Below are positions 1 through 11,826 of a stretch of DNA of 46,609 bases, one piece after another. Each line of letters starts with the position of its first letter. Positions within the stretch are counted from its first letter, which is position 1. Location: positions 1 to 46,609 of the forward strand of contig JBBQEB010000009.1 in the NCBI GenBank assembly GCA_038320275.1. Reading direction: 5' to 3'. The notes beneath the pieces are model-generated. The model ran no database searches. It had not been told where the DNA came from and saw only the letters and a list, made by a program, of their open reading frames with translations. The translations under genes and the position numbers were made by a program. The stretch is from Myxococcales bacterium (GTDB taxonomy: Bacteria > Myxococcota > Myxococcia > Myxococcales > Anaeromyxobacteraceae).

Positions 1-91
1 ACCGACCCCGACCACCGACCACCGACCACCGACCCCGACCCACGACCCCCGACCCCAACCCCGACCCCGACCTCGACCTCGACCACGACCG
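1..91 (+). repeat. Degenerate CGACC-core tandem repeat (6-7 nt units), truncated by window start
   Basis: accgaccccgaccaccgaccaccgacc...cctcgacctcgaccacgacc read directly. Confidence 0.95.
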
Positions 92-163
92 CCCCGTTCC
101 TTGTCCCCGGCACGGTCCGGCCGTACAAGGTCCCTCGAATCGCTCTCGCGCGAGGAACGGCAC

Positions 164-1090
164 ATGGGCACGTGGTCGGAGAAGAAGGTCGCCGTCCTCT
201 ACGGCGGGCGTTCGGCGGAGCGGGAGGTCTCCCTTCGCACCGGCAAGGCCTGCGCGGACGCGCTGATCGAGCGGGGCTACGACATCGTGCTGGTGGACGC
301 GGGACTCGACGTCGCCGCGCGCCTGCGCGAGGCACAGGCACAGGTGGCGTTCGTCGCGCTGCACGGGCGCTGGGGCGAGGACGGCTCCATCCAGGGGCTG
401 CTCGAGTCCATGTCGATCCCGTACACGGGGTCCGGTGTCCTCGCCTCTGCGTTGGGCATGGACAAGGTGTTCTCCAAGATGCTCTTCCGGGAGCAGGGGC
501 TGAAGGTCATCGAGTACCGCGTGTTCCGGCCCGGCCAGGCCGGGACGGTCACCGTCGCCGACCTACCCTTCGGTCTGCCCGCGGTGGTGAAGCCCGGCAA
601 CGAGGGTTCCTCCGTCGGCGTGCATATCGTGCACGAGGCCGACGGGCTCACCGCGGCCTGCCTGGACGCCGCGCAGTACAAGGGCGACCTCGTCGTCGAG
701 CGCTACGTCAAGGGCGCCGAGGTGGACGTGGCCGTGCTCGACGGCAAGGCGCTGGGCGCGATCGAGATCGTTCCCTCGCGTGAGTTCTACGACTACACCG
801 CCAAGTACACGCCCGGTGCCGCGCAGTACTTCTACCCGGCGCGCCTCCCGCCCGAACACGCGCGGCGCGTCTGCCAGGCCGCGGAGCAGGCGCACGCGGC
901 GCTCGGCTGTTCCGGGGTCACGCGCGTGGACTTCATCGTCTCCCCCGACGGCACGCCCTTCATCCTGGAGGTGAACACGCTCCCCGGGATGACCGCCACC
1001 TCCCTGGTGCCGAAGATCGCCGCTGGGAACGGCATCTCGTTCGCGGACCTGTGCGAGCGGCTGCTGGAGGGCGCCGCGCTGAAGGCCTGA
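164..1090 (+). CDS. ddl: D-alanine--D-alanine ligase
   Basis: GGRSAEREVSL, LHGRWGEDG, GSSVGV, FYDYTAKY and LEVNTLPGMT motifs; GAGGA SD before ATG 164; dcw position upstream of ftsQAZ. Confidence 0.97.
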   Translation: MGTWSEKKVAVLYGGRSAEREVSLRTGKACADALIERGYDIVLVDAGLDVAARLREAQAQVAFVALHGRWGEDGSIQGLLESMSIPYTGSGVLASALGMDKVFSKMLFREQGLKVIEYRVFRPGQAGTVTVADLPFGLPAVVKPGNEGSSVGVHIVHEADGLTAACLDAAQYKGDLVVERYVKGAEVDVAVLDGKALGAIEIVPSREFYDYTAKYTPGAAQYFYPARLPPEHARRVCQAAEQAHAALGCSGVTRVDFIVSPDGTPFILEVNTLPGMTATSLVPKIAAGNGISFADLCERLLEGAALKA

Positions 1091-1174
1091 GAACCGGACG
1101 CCGATCGGACGACCGGGGAAGCCCGGCTGGAAGCGCTGGCGCCGAGCCATTTGCGGCCTCTTCGCCGCGAAAAG

Positions 1175-1202
1175 TTGCGCTCCCCCACCCTTCGGGCATT
1201 CT
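1175..1202 (+). promoter_or_regulatory. Possible sigma70-type promoter for ftsQAZ (TTGCGC-N16-CATTCT)
   Basis: Weak consensus match in the ddl-ftsQ gap. Confidence 0.25.
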
Positions 1203-1251
1203 GCAGCCCGGGCGATAGCGGCCGGAAGCGGCGGGCCGCTCGGGGTGGCGT

Positions 1252-2148
1252 GTGGCGCGGGGCGGGAATCGCAGGGTCGACCGGGTGGAGGACGCGGCGC
1301 CTGCCGCGGCCGGTGGGCGTGGAGCCTGCGCCGTGCTCGCCCTCCTCCTCGCCGGAGCCTTCGTCACGGGCGGACTGGCGGGCTGGCGCGAGCTGAGCTC
1401 CGCCGAGTGGCTCCGCGTGCGGAGCGTCCGGTTCAGCGGGCTCGTGCACGCCTCCGAGGAGGACCTTCTCGGCCTGTCTCCCGTGCGCGCCGGCGATCAC
1501 CTCCTCTTTTCCGACCTGGACGCCATGCAGCGCGCCCTGGTTCGCCATCCCTGGGTGCGCGCGGTCGAGGTGCACCGCACGCTGCCACCCTCGATCCGCG
1601 TCTCCGTCTCGGAGCGCACCGCGGTGGCGCTCGTGGACCTGGGCGGGACCTACCTTGTGGACGCAGAGGGCGAGGTCTTCAAGCGGGCGGCACCGGGCGA
1701 CGGCCTCGACCTACCTTTCGTCACCGGCCTCACCCGCGAGGAGTTCTCCGGCGGGCGCGGCACCCGCGATCCATCGCTGGGCAGGGCTCTGGCGCTGATC
1801 ATGGCCTGGCCCGGCGGCGACCGCACCCGGCTTTCCGAGGTGCACGTCGAGGGGGACGATTTCACGGTCTACATCGGCGAGGAGGGAGCGCAGGTCCGTC
1901 TCGGATCCGGCGACCTCCCCGCCAAGCTCGCACGGTTGGAGAAGGTGCTCGGAGCGCTCCGCGCCGAGGGCAAGAAGGCCGAGGTCCTCCACCTCGACAA
2001 CCGGCTTCACCCATCGTGGGTGACGGTCCGGTTGGCGGCGGCGGGGGTGGGGTCGGGTTCCCCGAACGCGCAAGGACAGGCGTCATCGCCTGGTCGTGCG
2101 CGGACGGGGAGTATGGGGCGGCGCGGACCTGCGCCGGCCCATCACTAG
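1252..2148 (+). CDS. ftsQ: Cell division protein FtsQ/DivIB
   Basis: N-terminal TM helix, POTRA-like HPWVRAVEVHRTLPPSIRVSVSER, LPFVTGL; lies between ddl and ftsA. Confidence 0.92.
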   Translation: MARGGNRRVDRVEDAAPAAAGGRGACAVLALLLAGAFVTGGLAGWRELSSAEWLRVRSVRFSGLVHASEEDLLGLSPVRAGDHLLFSDLDAMQRALVRHPWVRAVEVHRTLPPSIRVSVSERTAVALVDLGGTYLVDAEGEVFKRAAPGDGLDLPFVTGLTREEFSGGRGTRDPSLGRALALIMAWPGGDRTRLSEVHVEGDDFTVYIGEEGAQVRLGSGDLPAKLARLEKVLGALRAEGKKAEVLHLDNRLHPSWVTVRLAAAGVGSGSPNAQGQASSPGRARTGSMGRRGPAPAHH

Positions 2149-2191
2149 GGATGGCGAAGCGCAACGCGCAACTCGCCTGGAGGTGGTTCAC

Positions 2192-3421
2192 ATGGCCAGC
2201 AGAGGAGACATCCTGGTCGGTCTCGACATCGGGACCACCAAGATCTGCGCCATCGTCGGCGAAGTGACCGACGAGGGCATCGACATCATCGGCATCGGGA
2301 CACACCCATCGAAAGGACTGAGGAAGGGCGTCGTGGTGAACATCGACGCCACCGTCGCCTCGATCAAGCGCGGCATCGAGGAAGCGGAGCACATGGGCGG
2401 CTGCGAGATCACGACCGTCTACACGGGGATCGCGGGCGGCCACATCAAGGCCTTCAGCTCGCACGGCGTGGTGGCGGTGAAGGACAAGGAGGTCCGCCAA
2501 TCCGACGTCGATCGCGTCATCGACCAGGCCAAGGCGGTCGCCATCCCGCTCGACCGGGAGGTGATCCACGTCCTTCCGCAGGAGTTCGTGGTCGACGATC
2601 AGGACGGCATCAAGGAGCCGGTCGGCATGAGCGGCGTGCGCCTGGAGGCGAAGGCGCTCATCGTGACGGGCGCCGTCTCCTCCGCCCAGAACATCATCAA
2701 GTGCGCCCAGCGCACCGGTCTCAACGTGGCCGACATCGTGCTGCAGCCGCTGGCGTCCTCGCTGGCGGTGCTCTCCGACGACGAGCGCGAGCTGGGCGTC
2801 GCCCTGGTGGACATCGGCGGCGGTACCACCGACATCGCCATCTTCTCGAACGGCGCCATCGTCCACACCGCGGTGCTCTCGCTGGGCGGGAACCACCTCA
2901 CCAACGACATCGCCGTCGGCCTGCGCACGCCCACCCACGAGGCGGAGCGCATCAAGAAGCAGTACGGCTGCGCCATGGCCTCGCGCGTCGACAAGAGCGA
3001 GCAGATCGAGGTGCCGAGCGTCGGCGGCGCCGGTCCGCGCGTGCTCTCGCGCCACATCCTGGCGGAGATCATCGAGCCGCGCGTGGAGGAGATCTTCATG
3101 CTCGTCCAGCACGAGATCCAGAAGTGCGGGATGGAGGAGCTTCTCGCCTCGGGCGTCGTGATCACAGGGGGCAGCACGCTCCTCACCGGCATGGCCGAGA
3201 TGGCGGAGGAGGTGCTGGGCATGCCGGTGCGGCGGGGACTGCCGCGCGGCGTGGGAGGGCTCGTGGACGTGGTGAAGGGGCCGCAGTTCGCGACCGCGGT
3301 CGGCCTGGTGCTCTACGGCGCCCGGCAGACCGAGGGCAGCCCCTACTTCAAGATCCGCGAGGAGAACGTCTACCGCAAGGTTCGCCACCGCATGCAGAAG
3401 TGGTTGGGCGAGATCTTCTGA
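2192..3421 (+). CDS. ftsA: Cell division protein FtsA
   Basis: [26 protein letters not shown] motifs; GGAGG SD before ATG 2192. Confidence 0.98.
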   Translation: MASRGDILVGLDIGTTKICAIVGEVTDEGIDIIGIGTHPSKGLRKGVVVNIDATVASIKRGIEEAEHMGGCEITTVYTGIAGGHIKAFSSHGVVAVKDKEVRQSDVDRVIDQAKAVAIPLDREVIHVLPQEFVVDDQDGIKEPVGMSGVRLEAKALIVTGAVSSAQNIIKCAQRTGLNVADIVLQPLASSLAVLSDDERELGVALVDIGGGTTDIAIFSNGAIVHTAVLSLGGNHLTNDIAVGLRTPTHEAERIKKQYGCAMASRVDKSEQIEVPSVGGAGPRVLSRHILAEIIEPRVEEIFMLVQHEIQKCGMEELLASGVVITGGSTLLTGMAEMAEEVLGMPVRRGLPRGVGGLVDVVKGPQFATAVGLVLYGARQTEGSPYFKIREENVYRKVRHRMQKWLGEIF

Positions 3422-3444
3422 ACGCGCCACCGGAAAGGACAAAA

Positions 3445-4710
3445 ATGATGAACGATCAGAACGAGGCGAGAGGGATGGGCGCGCACATCAAGGTCATCGG
3501 CGTTGGCGGGGGCGGCGGCAACGCGGTCAACACCATGGTGGCCGGGCGCCTCGAGGGCGTGGAGTTCATCGCGGCCAACACCGACGTCCAGGCCCTCGCG
3601 GCCAACAAGGCGTCGCACAAGATCCAGCTCGGCAAGACCTGCGCCGCAGGGCTGGGCGCCGGGGCCAACCCCGACCGCGGACGGGAGGCGGCGCTCGAGT
3701 CGCGCGACCAGATCGCGGATGCGCTGGAGGGCGCCGACATGGTGTTCGTCACCGCCGGCATGGGCGGCGGCACTGGCACCGGCGGGGCGCCCATCGTCGC
3801 CGACGTGGCGAAGGGCCTGGGCGCGCTCACGGTGGGCGTGGTGACGAAGCCCTTCCTCTTCGAGGGCAACCGCCGCCGCAAGCAGGCGGAGCAGGGACTC
3901 GCGGAGCTGAAGGCGGCGGTCGACACCCTCATCGTCATCCCCAACCAGCGGCTGGTGTCGGTGGCGGGGCAGAACGTGTCGCTGGCCGACGCCTTCAAGC
4001 GCGCCGACGAGGTGCTCCTGCACGCCGTGCAGGGCATCAGCGACATCATCACCGTCCACGGCCTGGTGAACGTCGACTTCGCCGACGTGCGCACCATCAT
4101 GAGCGAGCAAGGCCTCGCCCTCATGGGAAGCGGCCGCGCCTCCGGAGAGAAGCGCGCGGTGGAGGCGATGCAGGCGGCCATCAGCTCGCCGTTGCTGGAG
4201 GACGTCGCCCTGGAGGGCGCAACCGGCCTCCTGGTGAACATCACGGGCGGTCCCTCGCTCTCGCTGTACGAGGTGAACGAGGCCGTGACCATGGCCCAGA
4301 GCGCTGCCGACCCAGAGGCGAACATCATCTTCGGCTCGGTGGTGGACGAGCGCATGGGCGACGAGGTGAAGATTACCGTCATCGCGACCGGATTCACGCA
4401 CAAGGAGGTGCCGATCCGGCTCACGCAGTCCGCGCGCATGCCGTCCCGGTCCACCGTGCAGGTCCCCGCCTCGGCCCCGATGGCGGCCGAAGCGCCTCGA
4501 CGCCAGGAGCTGCGCCGCGAGCCGGCGACCGCCCCTGTGCGCCTCACCCAGCCTGCGCCGGTGACGGTGAATGCCACCGCCGCCCGCTCCGCTCCGATCA
4601 TCCCGCCCCGGCCCTCCCGCCCCGAGCCAGGAGCGTTCAAGGCCGAGGACGACCAGTACGACATCCCAGCCTTCCTGCGCCTGCGCGGGCAGACGGGCGC
4701 GGCAGAGTAG
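3445..4710 (+). CDS. ftsZ: Cell division protein FtsZ
   Basis: [23 protein letters not shown] tubulin signature, NVDFADV, C-terminal DIPAFLR; AAAGGA SD. Confidence 0.99.
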   Translation: MMNDQNEARGMGAHIKVIGVGGGGGNAVNTMVAGRLEGVEFIAANTDVQALAANKASHKIQLGKTCAAGLGAGANPDRGREAALESRDQIADALEGADMVFVTAGMGGGTGTGGAPIVADVAKGLGALTVGVVTKPFLFEGNRRRKQAEQGLAELKAAVDTLIVIPNQRLVSVAGQNVSLADAFKRADEVLLHAVQGISDIITVHGLVNVDFADVRTIMSEQGLALMGSGRASGEKRAVEAMQAAISSPLLEDVALEGATGLLVNITGGPSLSLYEVNEAVTMAQSAADPEANIIFGSVVDERMGDEVKITVIATGFTHKEVPIRLTQSARMPSRSTVQVPASAPMAAEAPRRQELRREPATAPVRLTQPAPVTVNATAARSAPIIPPRPSRPEPGAFKAEDDQYDIPAFLRLRGQTGAAE

Positions 4711-4726
4711 GCGCGCGCGAGCCGCT

Positions 4727-4760
4727 TCCCTCCCCCCTTGAAGCGACAAGGGGGAGGGAG
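4727..4760. terminator. GC-rich stem-loop just after ftsZ stop (no U-tract)
   Basis: tccctccccccttg-aagcga-caagggggagggag inverted repeat. Confidence 0.55.
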
Positions 4761-4770
4761 TGGGGGAATG

Positions 4771-4993
4771 TCGACCGCCGACTTGTCGACCGCCGAGCGC
4801 GACCCCGACCTCCGACCCTCGACCGCGACCCTCGACCGCGACCCTCGACCGCGACCCTCGACCGCGACCTCCGACCTCGACCTCGACCTCCGACCGCGAC
4901 CCCGACCCGCGACCTCCGACCTCCGACCTCGACCTCCGACCGCAACCGCGACCGCGACCTCCGACCGCGACCTCCGACCGCGACCTTCGACCG
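4771..4993 (+). repeat. Degenerate CGACC-core tandem repeat, mixed 6/7 nt units, intergenic between convergent ftsZ and phosphatase
   Basis: Units such as cgaccg, cgacct, cgacctc, cgaccct; 13-nt ctcgaccgcgacc repeated four times near 4818-4869. Confidence 0.97.
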
Positions 4994-5054
4994 CATCATC
5001 CTTTCCCATTCGCTCCGGGGACCCTGCGGCGATTCCTCGCCGCCTTGGAGCGCG

Positions 5055-5807
5055 CTACCTCCCGCTCCACTCCACCCGCCTCGCTTCGTCCACCCTCGCC
5101 CGGAACCCCGAATCCGCCAGCCACGCATCCACGAGCGCGGTCGCTAGGCGCTGGCCCGCCTCCACGTCGGACGGGTAGTGGACTCCTGCCCTCACCCGGT
5201 CGAAGCCGATTTGACGGCCGCGCTCCAGGAGCGCGTCGCGCCGGGGAGGGAAGAGCTCCGCGAGGAGGCGCGCGTAGAGGGTTCCGCGTACCGCGTGGCC
5301 GCTGGGAAACGAGAAGCTCGGCTCCCGCGGCACCGCGAGCTGCACCCGCGGGTCGGCGTCATAGGGCCTCGCGCGCGCCATGCGCGCCTTCACCGGGCCG
5401 TACACCGCCCGCGCCTCCCGCTCCGCATCGGCCAGCACCGCGCGCGTCAGGGGCCGCTTCCCGAGCTCGAGGGGAGCGCCCATCGTCTCCGCCAGCGCGT
5501 CGGGCGTCAGCTCGACCTCGAATACCGCGCGCTGCACCTCCTCGGCGGTCCGCGTCCGGCCCTCCCACAGCACGATCGCCAGATCGGCCTGCGCCGCGGG
5601 CGAGCCCGCCGTGGGAGGGGGCCCGAGCGCCGCTTCGACGGCCACCGCCGGGATCGCCGCAAGGGGAGCCGCGGGTGGGACCAGCCTGAGGACCGGAGCG
5701 GTAGGCGTCATCGCCCCCGGCACCGGCACGGCCACGGACGAAGGCGCGACCGGGAGGTTCGCGGGGGCGCCGGCGAGGAGGGTCAGGAGAACGAGCAGCG
5801 TGCGCAT
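5055..5807 (-). CDS. Secreted PAP2-family (class A-like) acid phosphatase
   Basis: Signal peptide MRTLLVLLTLLAGA; KxxxxxxRP (KARMARARP), PSGH and RxxxxxHxxxD-like (DRVRAGVHYPSDV) motifs. Confidence 0.9.
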   Translation of the reverse strand: MRTLLVLLTLLAGAPANLPVAPSSVAVPVPGAMTPTAPVLRLVPPAAPLAAIPAVAVEAALGPPPTAGSPAAQADLAIVLWEGRTRTAEEVQRAVFEVELTPDALAETMGAPLELGKRPLTRAVLADAEREARAVYGPVKARMARARPYDADPRVQLAVPREPSFSFPSGHAVRGTLYARLLAELFPPRRDALLERGRQIGFDRVRAGVHYPSDVEAGQRLATALVDAWLADSGFRARVDEARRVEWSGR

Positions 5808-5883
5808 GTTGGATCTCCGGCAGTGTTGGCCGTGACGATCTCCCCGCACCCACCGTGGGGGAGAGACTGCTTCACGAGGTGTC

Positions 5884-6321
5884 CTATCCGGCGGCGCTCG
5901 GCTGGGCCGCGTCTTCGGAGCGCCCCCGCGAGCGCGCGGCGTAGAAGCGCGCCACGTCCCCGAGCGAGACGAGCCCCAGCAGCCCGCGCTCGCCCACCAC
6001 GGTCAGGTGGTGGACGCGGCGCGCGCGGAGCAGCGCCTCCACCTCCTCGCAGCGCGCGTCGAGCGGGACGGTGGCCACCTCGCGCTCCATCACCTCCTCC
6101 ACGCGCACTCGGCGGGCGTCGCGGCCCTCGGCGGCCACCCGCGTCGCGACGTGGCGCTCCCCCAGGAGCCCTTGCACCCGTCCGTCGCGCATCACCACCA
6201 GGCAGCCGATGCGCCGGTCGCGCAGCACGCGGCAGGCTTCGGCGACGGTGTCGTCGGGCGAGCAGGTGAAGACGACGGCGCTGTTCTTCGAGGCGAGCAG
6301 ATCGCGAGCGGTGGCCCCCAT
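5884..6321 (-). CDS. CBS-domain (Bateman pair) protein
   Basis: TCSPDDTVAEACRVLRDRRIGCLVV and VEEVMEREVATV...GLLGLVSLGDV; alternative GTG start at 6348. Confidence 0.88.
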   Translation of the reverse strand: MGATARDLLASKNSAVVFTCSPDDTVAEACRVLRDRRIGCLVVMRDGRVQGLLGERHVATRVAAEGRDARRVRVEEVMEREVATVPLDARCEEVEALLRARRVHHLTVVGERGLLGLVSLGDVARFYAARSRGRSEDAAQPSAAG

Positions 6322-6429
6322 GTGCGAGACGCGTCCTTTCTCCGCCACAGCGGACGGATGGCTCCGCGTCCGTGCGAGCGGAGGCCAGTCCTCTAAGCCG
6401 GGGTGGGGGCGCGGGCAAGCGACGGGGCG

Positions 6430-6819
6430 TCAGTGCTCTCGGGCCAGCAAGCCGTCGCTCCGCGCGGAGAGCTCGCTCGTCCGGGACAGGAGCGCGTGCA
6501 CCTGGGCGTAGATGGCCTCCGCGCCGGCGCCCGCGGCCCCTTCCGCGGGAGAGCCCCCGGCGGAGAGCTCTTCGAGGCGGTCGAGGAGATCCTTCACGCG
6601 GAGCAGGTGCTGGTGCGCCAGCAGGAGGTCGCGGCCGAGGCGCGCCCCGGCGCGGGTGAAGATGAGCCCGCTGCCGAAGAGCTGGGACAGCGCTTTGCGG
6701 TTCGTCTCGGAGACGGAGAAGAGACGGCCTTGGTAATCGCGCAACCTCCGGCCGTCGCGGGCGCCGGCGAGGTCGACCACTGCGAGACGCGTCGTGCGAT
6801 GTCCGACCCCGAGCGGCGT
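6430..6819 (-). CDS. Small helical hypothetical protein (start uncertain: ACG 6819 or GTG 6780)
   Basis: High-GC3 frame with natural-looking amphipathic sequence (LGRDLLLAHQHLLRVKDLLDRLEEL); upstream promoter and SD. Confidence 0.65.
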   Translation of the reverse strand, partial: TPLGVGHRTTRLAVVDLAGARDGRRLRDYQGRLFSVSETNRKALSQLFGSGLIFTRAGARLGRDLLLAHQHLLRVKDLLDRLEELSAGGSPAEGAAGAGAEAIYAQVHALLSRTSELSARSDGLLAREH

Positions 6820-6837
6820 GAGCGGCCTCCGCGCAGG

Positions 6838-6867
6838 ATGGTAGGTCCCACCCCTCCGCGCGGTCAA
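6838..6867 (-). promoter_or_regulatory. sigma70-type promoter TTGACC-N18-TACCAT
   Basis: Good match to both hexamers, upstream of the 6430 ORF. Confidence 0.6.
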
Positions 6868-6952
6868 TCCGCACATTCCGGTGGAAGCCGGGAGGCGCAT
6901 CGCGCTTGACTTTGGAGGGCGGGCACATTCTCTCTCCTGGAGGAGAACCGCC

Positions 6953-7690
6953 ATGTCCGCAGCCCTCGCGCTCTTGCTCGCGTCCTTCGCCGGCGCTGCC
7001 CAGGAGGCGCCGCCTACCATCGACCTCTCCACGCCCCGGCCACCCGAGACGGCCGCGGAGATCCCCGCCGTCGCACCGCCCCGGCTGCTGGCTCCCCAGG
7101 CGGCGGCACGCGAGGTTGGGCCGCAGCCCTCGCCACGCGGGCGATCGTTTCGAAGCGGCATCGGGGTCTCGCAAGTGGCGAGGTCCACGGGCGTGTCGCC
7201 GAGCGCCGGGTTCGGAATGGAGCTCTCGCCCTGGTCGCTCATCGGGCTCCGCATCGACGCCAATCTCGTTTACGGCGGCAGCCTCGGCGAGCTCAACGCC
7301 GTGTCGCTCGATCCGGGCGTCGTGGTGAAGTTGGCCCCCGCCGCTTCGCGCCTCCTGCCCTACGTGGGGGCGGGGGTCAGCTTGTCCTTGCTCACCATCG
7401 ACCCGGCCGGTCCCCGAGGGAATCCGCTCCCCACCCGGTCGCCCGCAGCGCTGCGGGCCGCTCGCTCGACCCACGCGGCGATCGGCGACACGGGAGCCAG
7501 CCCTCTCCCGGGCTCGGGAGGTGCCACCCCAGCGGAGTACATGGCGACGCCGCGCGTCTCGGCCGGCGCGTCGATCCAGATCACCCGCGGCGCCGCCCTC
7601 GACGTCGGCGCGCATTACATGCCGGTCCGCTGGCAGAGCTCGATCCGGCACGCCTTCGCGGAGACCCTCACCCTCTGCCTCGGCTTCTAG
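6953..7690 (+). CDS. Outer-membrane beta-barrel protein (OmpW/OmpA-membrane-domain-like)
   Basis: Signal peptide, alternating strands (LPYVGAGVSLS, ALDVGAHY), C-terminal Phe; GGAGGAG SD. Confidence 0.7.
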   Translation: MSAALALLLASFAGAAQEAPPTIDLSTPRPPETAAEIPAVAPPRLLAPQAAAREVGPQPSPRGRSFRSGIGVSQVARSTGVSPSAGFGMELSPWSLIGLRIDANLVYGGSLGELNAVSLDPGVVVKLAPAASRLLPYVGAGVSLSLLTIDPAGPRGNPLPTRSPAALRAARSTHAAIGDTGASPLPGSGGATPAEYMATPRVSAGASIQITRGAALDVGAHYMPVRWQSSIRHAFAETLTLCLGF

Positions 7691-7726
7691 GGGCAGAGCC
7701 CGATTCGAGATTCTTCTCCGGCCGGG

Positions 7727-10402
<2,676 letters not shown>

Positions 10403-10467
10403 GAAGGGGAGCGATAACATCGCGGACCCCCGCGGTCCACCGGCGCCCGCCGGCGCCGCCTGCGCGG

Positions 10468-10857
10468 TCAGGGCTTCGGGATGCGCACGCGCCAGGTCTT
10501 CTCGCGCACCAGTTCCACCTCGCGCTTTGCGCCGCCCTCCTCCGTGACCTCCACCACCGCGCGCCCGCTGGATTCCCGCAGCAGGACCACGCGCGAGAGC
10601 CCCGGGTGGCCCGCCTGCGCCGCGTCGCCCAGGAGGAGCCCCTTGCCGCTCGGCGCGATCACCCCGGGCGCGGCGCGCGCCACCTCCTTGGCCTGCGCAT
10701 CGAGCCACGCCTGCGTGTCGCTGGAGAGGAGCGCCCAGGCCTTCTCGCCGTCGCGGTCGCCCACCGCGCGCACGAACGCGCGGTAGGCGGCTTCGGGGGG
10801 CCCGTCCGCCGTGCAGGCGAGGACCGCGGCGAGGAGGATGGCGGCGAGCGTTCTCAT
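10468..10857 (-). CDS. Small lipoprotein (NTF2/DUF4878-like)
   Basis: Lipobox-like LAAVLA-C; PEAAYRAFVRAV...AWALLS and ELVREKTWRV patterns; ATG overlaps trmB stop. Confidence 0.7.
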   Translation of the reverse strand: MRTLAAILLAAVLACTADGPPEAAYRAFVRAVGDRDGEKAWALLSSDTQAWLDAQAKEVARAAPGVIAPSGKGLLLGDAAQAGHPGLSRVVLLRESSGRAVVEVTEEGGAKREVELVREKTWRVRIPKP

Positions 10858-11528
10858 GTTTCGGCGCCCTCGTCCGCGGGACGTTCCAGGCGCAGCCTCC
10901 ACACCGGATGTCCCAAGGCGAGATAGCGCTTTTCGCGCGTGGAGGGGATGTCTCCCTCCGGCCGCTCCGCGAATCGGCCGGGGCCGGCGGGGTTCGCGAA
11001 GCCGGCCGCCTCCAGCGAGGCGGCGGCCTCCAGCGCGTAGCGCTCCACGTCGGTGCGGAAGTCGAGGGCGCCTCCCGGGCGGAGCAGCCCGAGCAGGAGC
11101 TGCCCCATGTCGCCGTCCACCAGCCGGCGGCGGGCATGCCGTCTCTTCCACCAGGGGTCGGGGAAGTGGACGTGGATCGCGGAGAGTGAGCCCGCGGCGA
11201 ACAGGCGCGGCGCGAGGAGCCGAGCGTCCCCCTGCAGCGCGACGAGGTTGCGGTGGCCACGAGCGCCCCCCCGCGCGCGCAACTCGTCCGCGAACTTGCG
11301 GCGCTGCTCGATGGCGATGAGGCCGGCCTGCGGCATCGCGCGCGCGAAGGCCAGGGCGAAGCCGCCATGCCCCGAGCCGATCTCGAGCTCGAGGCGCGAA
11401 CTGGCCGGACCGAGCACGGAAGACCAGTCCGGCAGGCCGTCGAGCGCCAGGGGCGCGTCGTCCGCGTCCGAGAAGATCAGGTTCGTTCGGCCCAGCCGCG
11501 GGAGGTTCCGCGCGGGCTCCCGGATCAG
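10854..11528 (-). CDS. trmB: tRNA (guanine-N7)-methyltransferase (start uncertain)
   Basis: LELEIGSGHG SAM motif, HVHFPDPWWKRRHARRRL, FRTD, STREKRY. Confidence 0.9.
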   Translation of the reverse strand: MIREPARNLPRLGRTNLIFSDADDAPLALDGLPDWSSVLGPASSRLELEIGSGHGGFALAFARAMPQAGLIAIEQRRKFADELRARGGARGHRNLVALQGDARLLAPRLFAAGSLSAIHVHFPDPWWKRRHARRRLVDGDMGQLLLGLLRPGGALDFRTDVERYALEAAASLEAAGFANPAGPGRFAERPEGDIPSTREKRYLALGHPVWRLRLERPADEGAET

Positions 11529-11806
11529 CGGGCCAGGCCGTGCACGTAGGCGGTGACGGCGTCGAGGTCCGCCGCCTCGAGCTTGACCGGCTTCATCTTG
11601 CCCACGCCCTGGGTCACCGCCTTGCGCACGGCCTCGGGCGCGGCGCCGGCGATAGAGACCTTCACCATGCTGGACCCTCCGCCAGCCTTGCCGTGACACA
11701 TGCCGCAGCGGGCGCGGTATACGGCCGCACCGTCGGCGGCGAGCGCGGTGCTCGCGAGGCCGAGGGCGAGCGCGACGGCAGACGAAGCGAAGAAGTTACG
11801 GCTCAT
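11525..11806 (-). CDS. Small monoheme class I cytochrome c
   Basis: Signal peptide, ADGAAVY, CGMCH heme motif, distal Met in GKMKP; GGAGG SD. Confidence 0.9.
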   Translation of the reverse strand: MSRNFFASSAVALALGLASTALAADGAAVYRARCGMCHGKAGGGSSMVKVSIAGAAPEAVRKAVTQGVGKMKPVKLEAADLDAVTAYVHGLAR

Positions 11807-11826
11807 GGCAACCTCCAGACGCATGG

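Noticed and set aside
2701..3444. N-terminally extended 669 aa FtsZ
   Set aside because: Extension overlaps ftsA out of frame; SD and homology support ATG 3445
4771..4993. Repeat tracts as a CRISPR array or as peptide ORFs (RPRP, DLDL, VAVEGR frames)
   Set aside because: No 25-45 nt repeats with unique spacers, no cas genes; mixed 6/7-nt units break frame and stops are absent simply because of composition
6906..6934. TTGACT as a -35 box for the 6953 gene
   Set aside because: No acceptable -10 hexamer at 16-18 nt spacing
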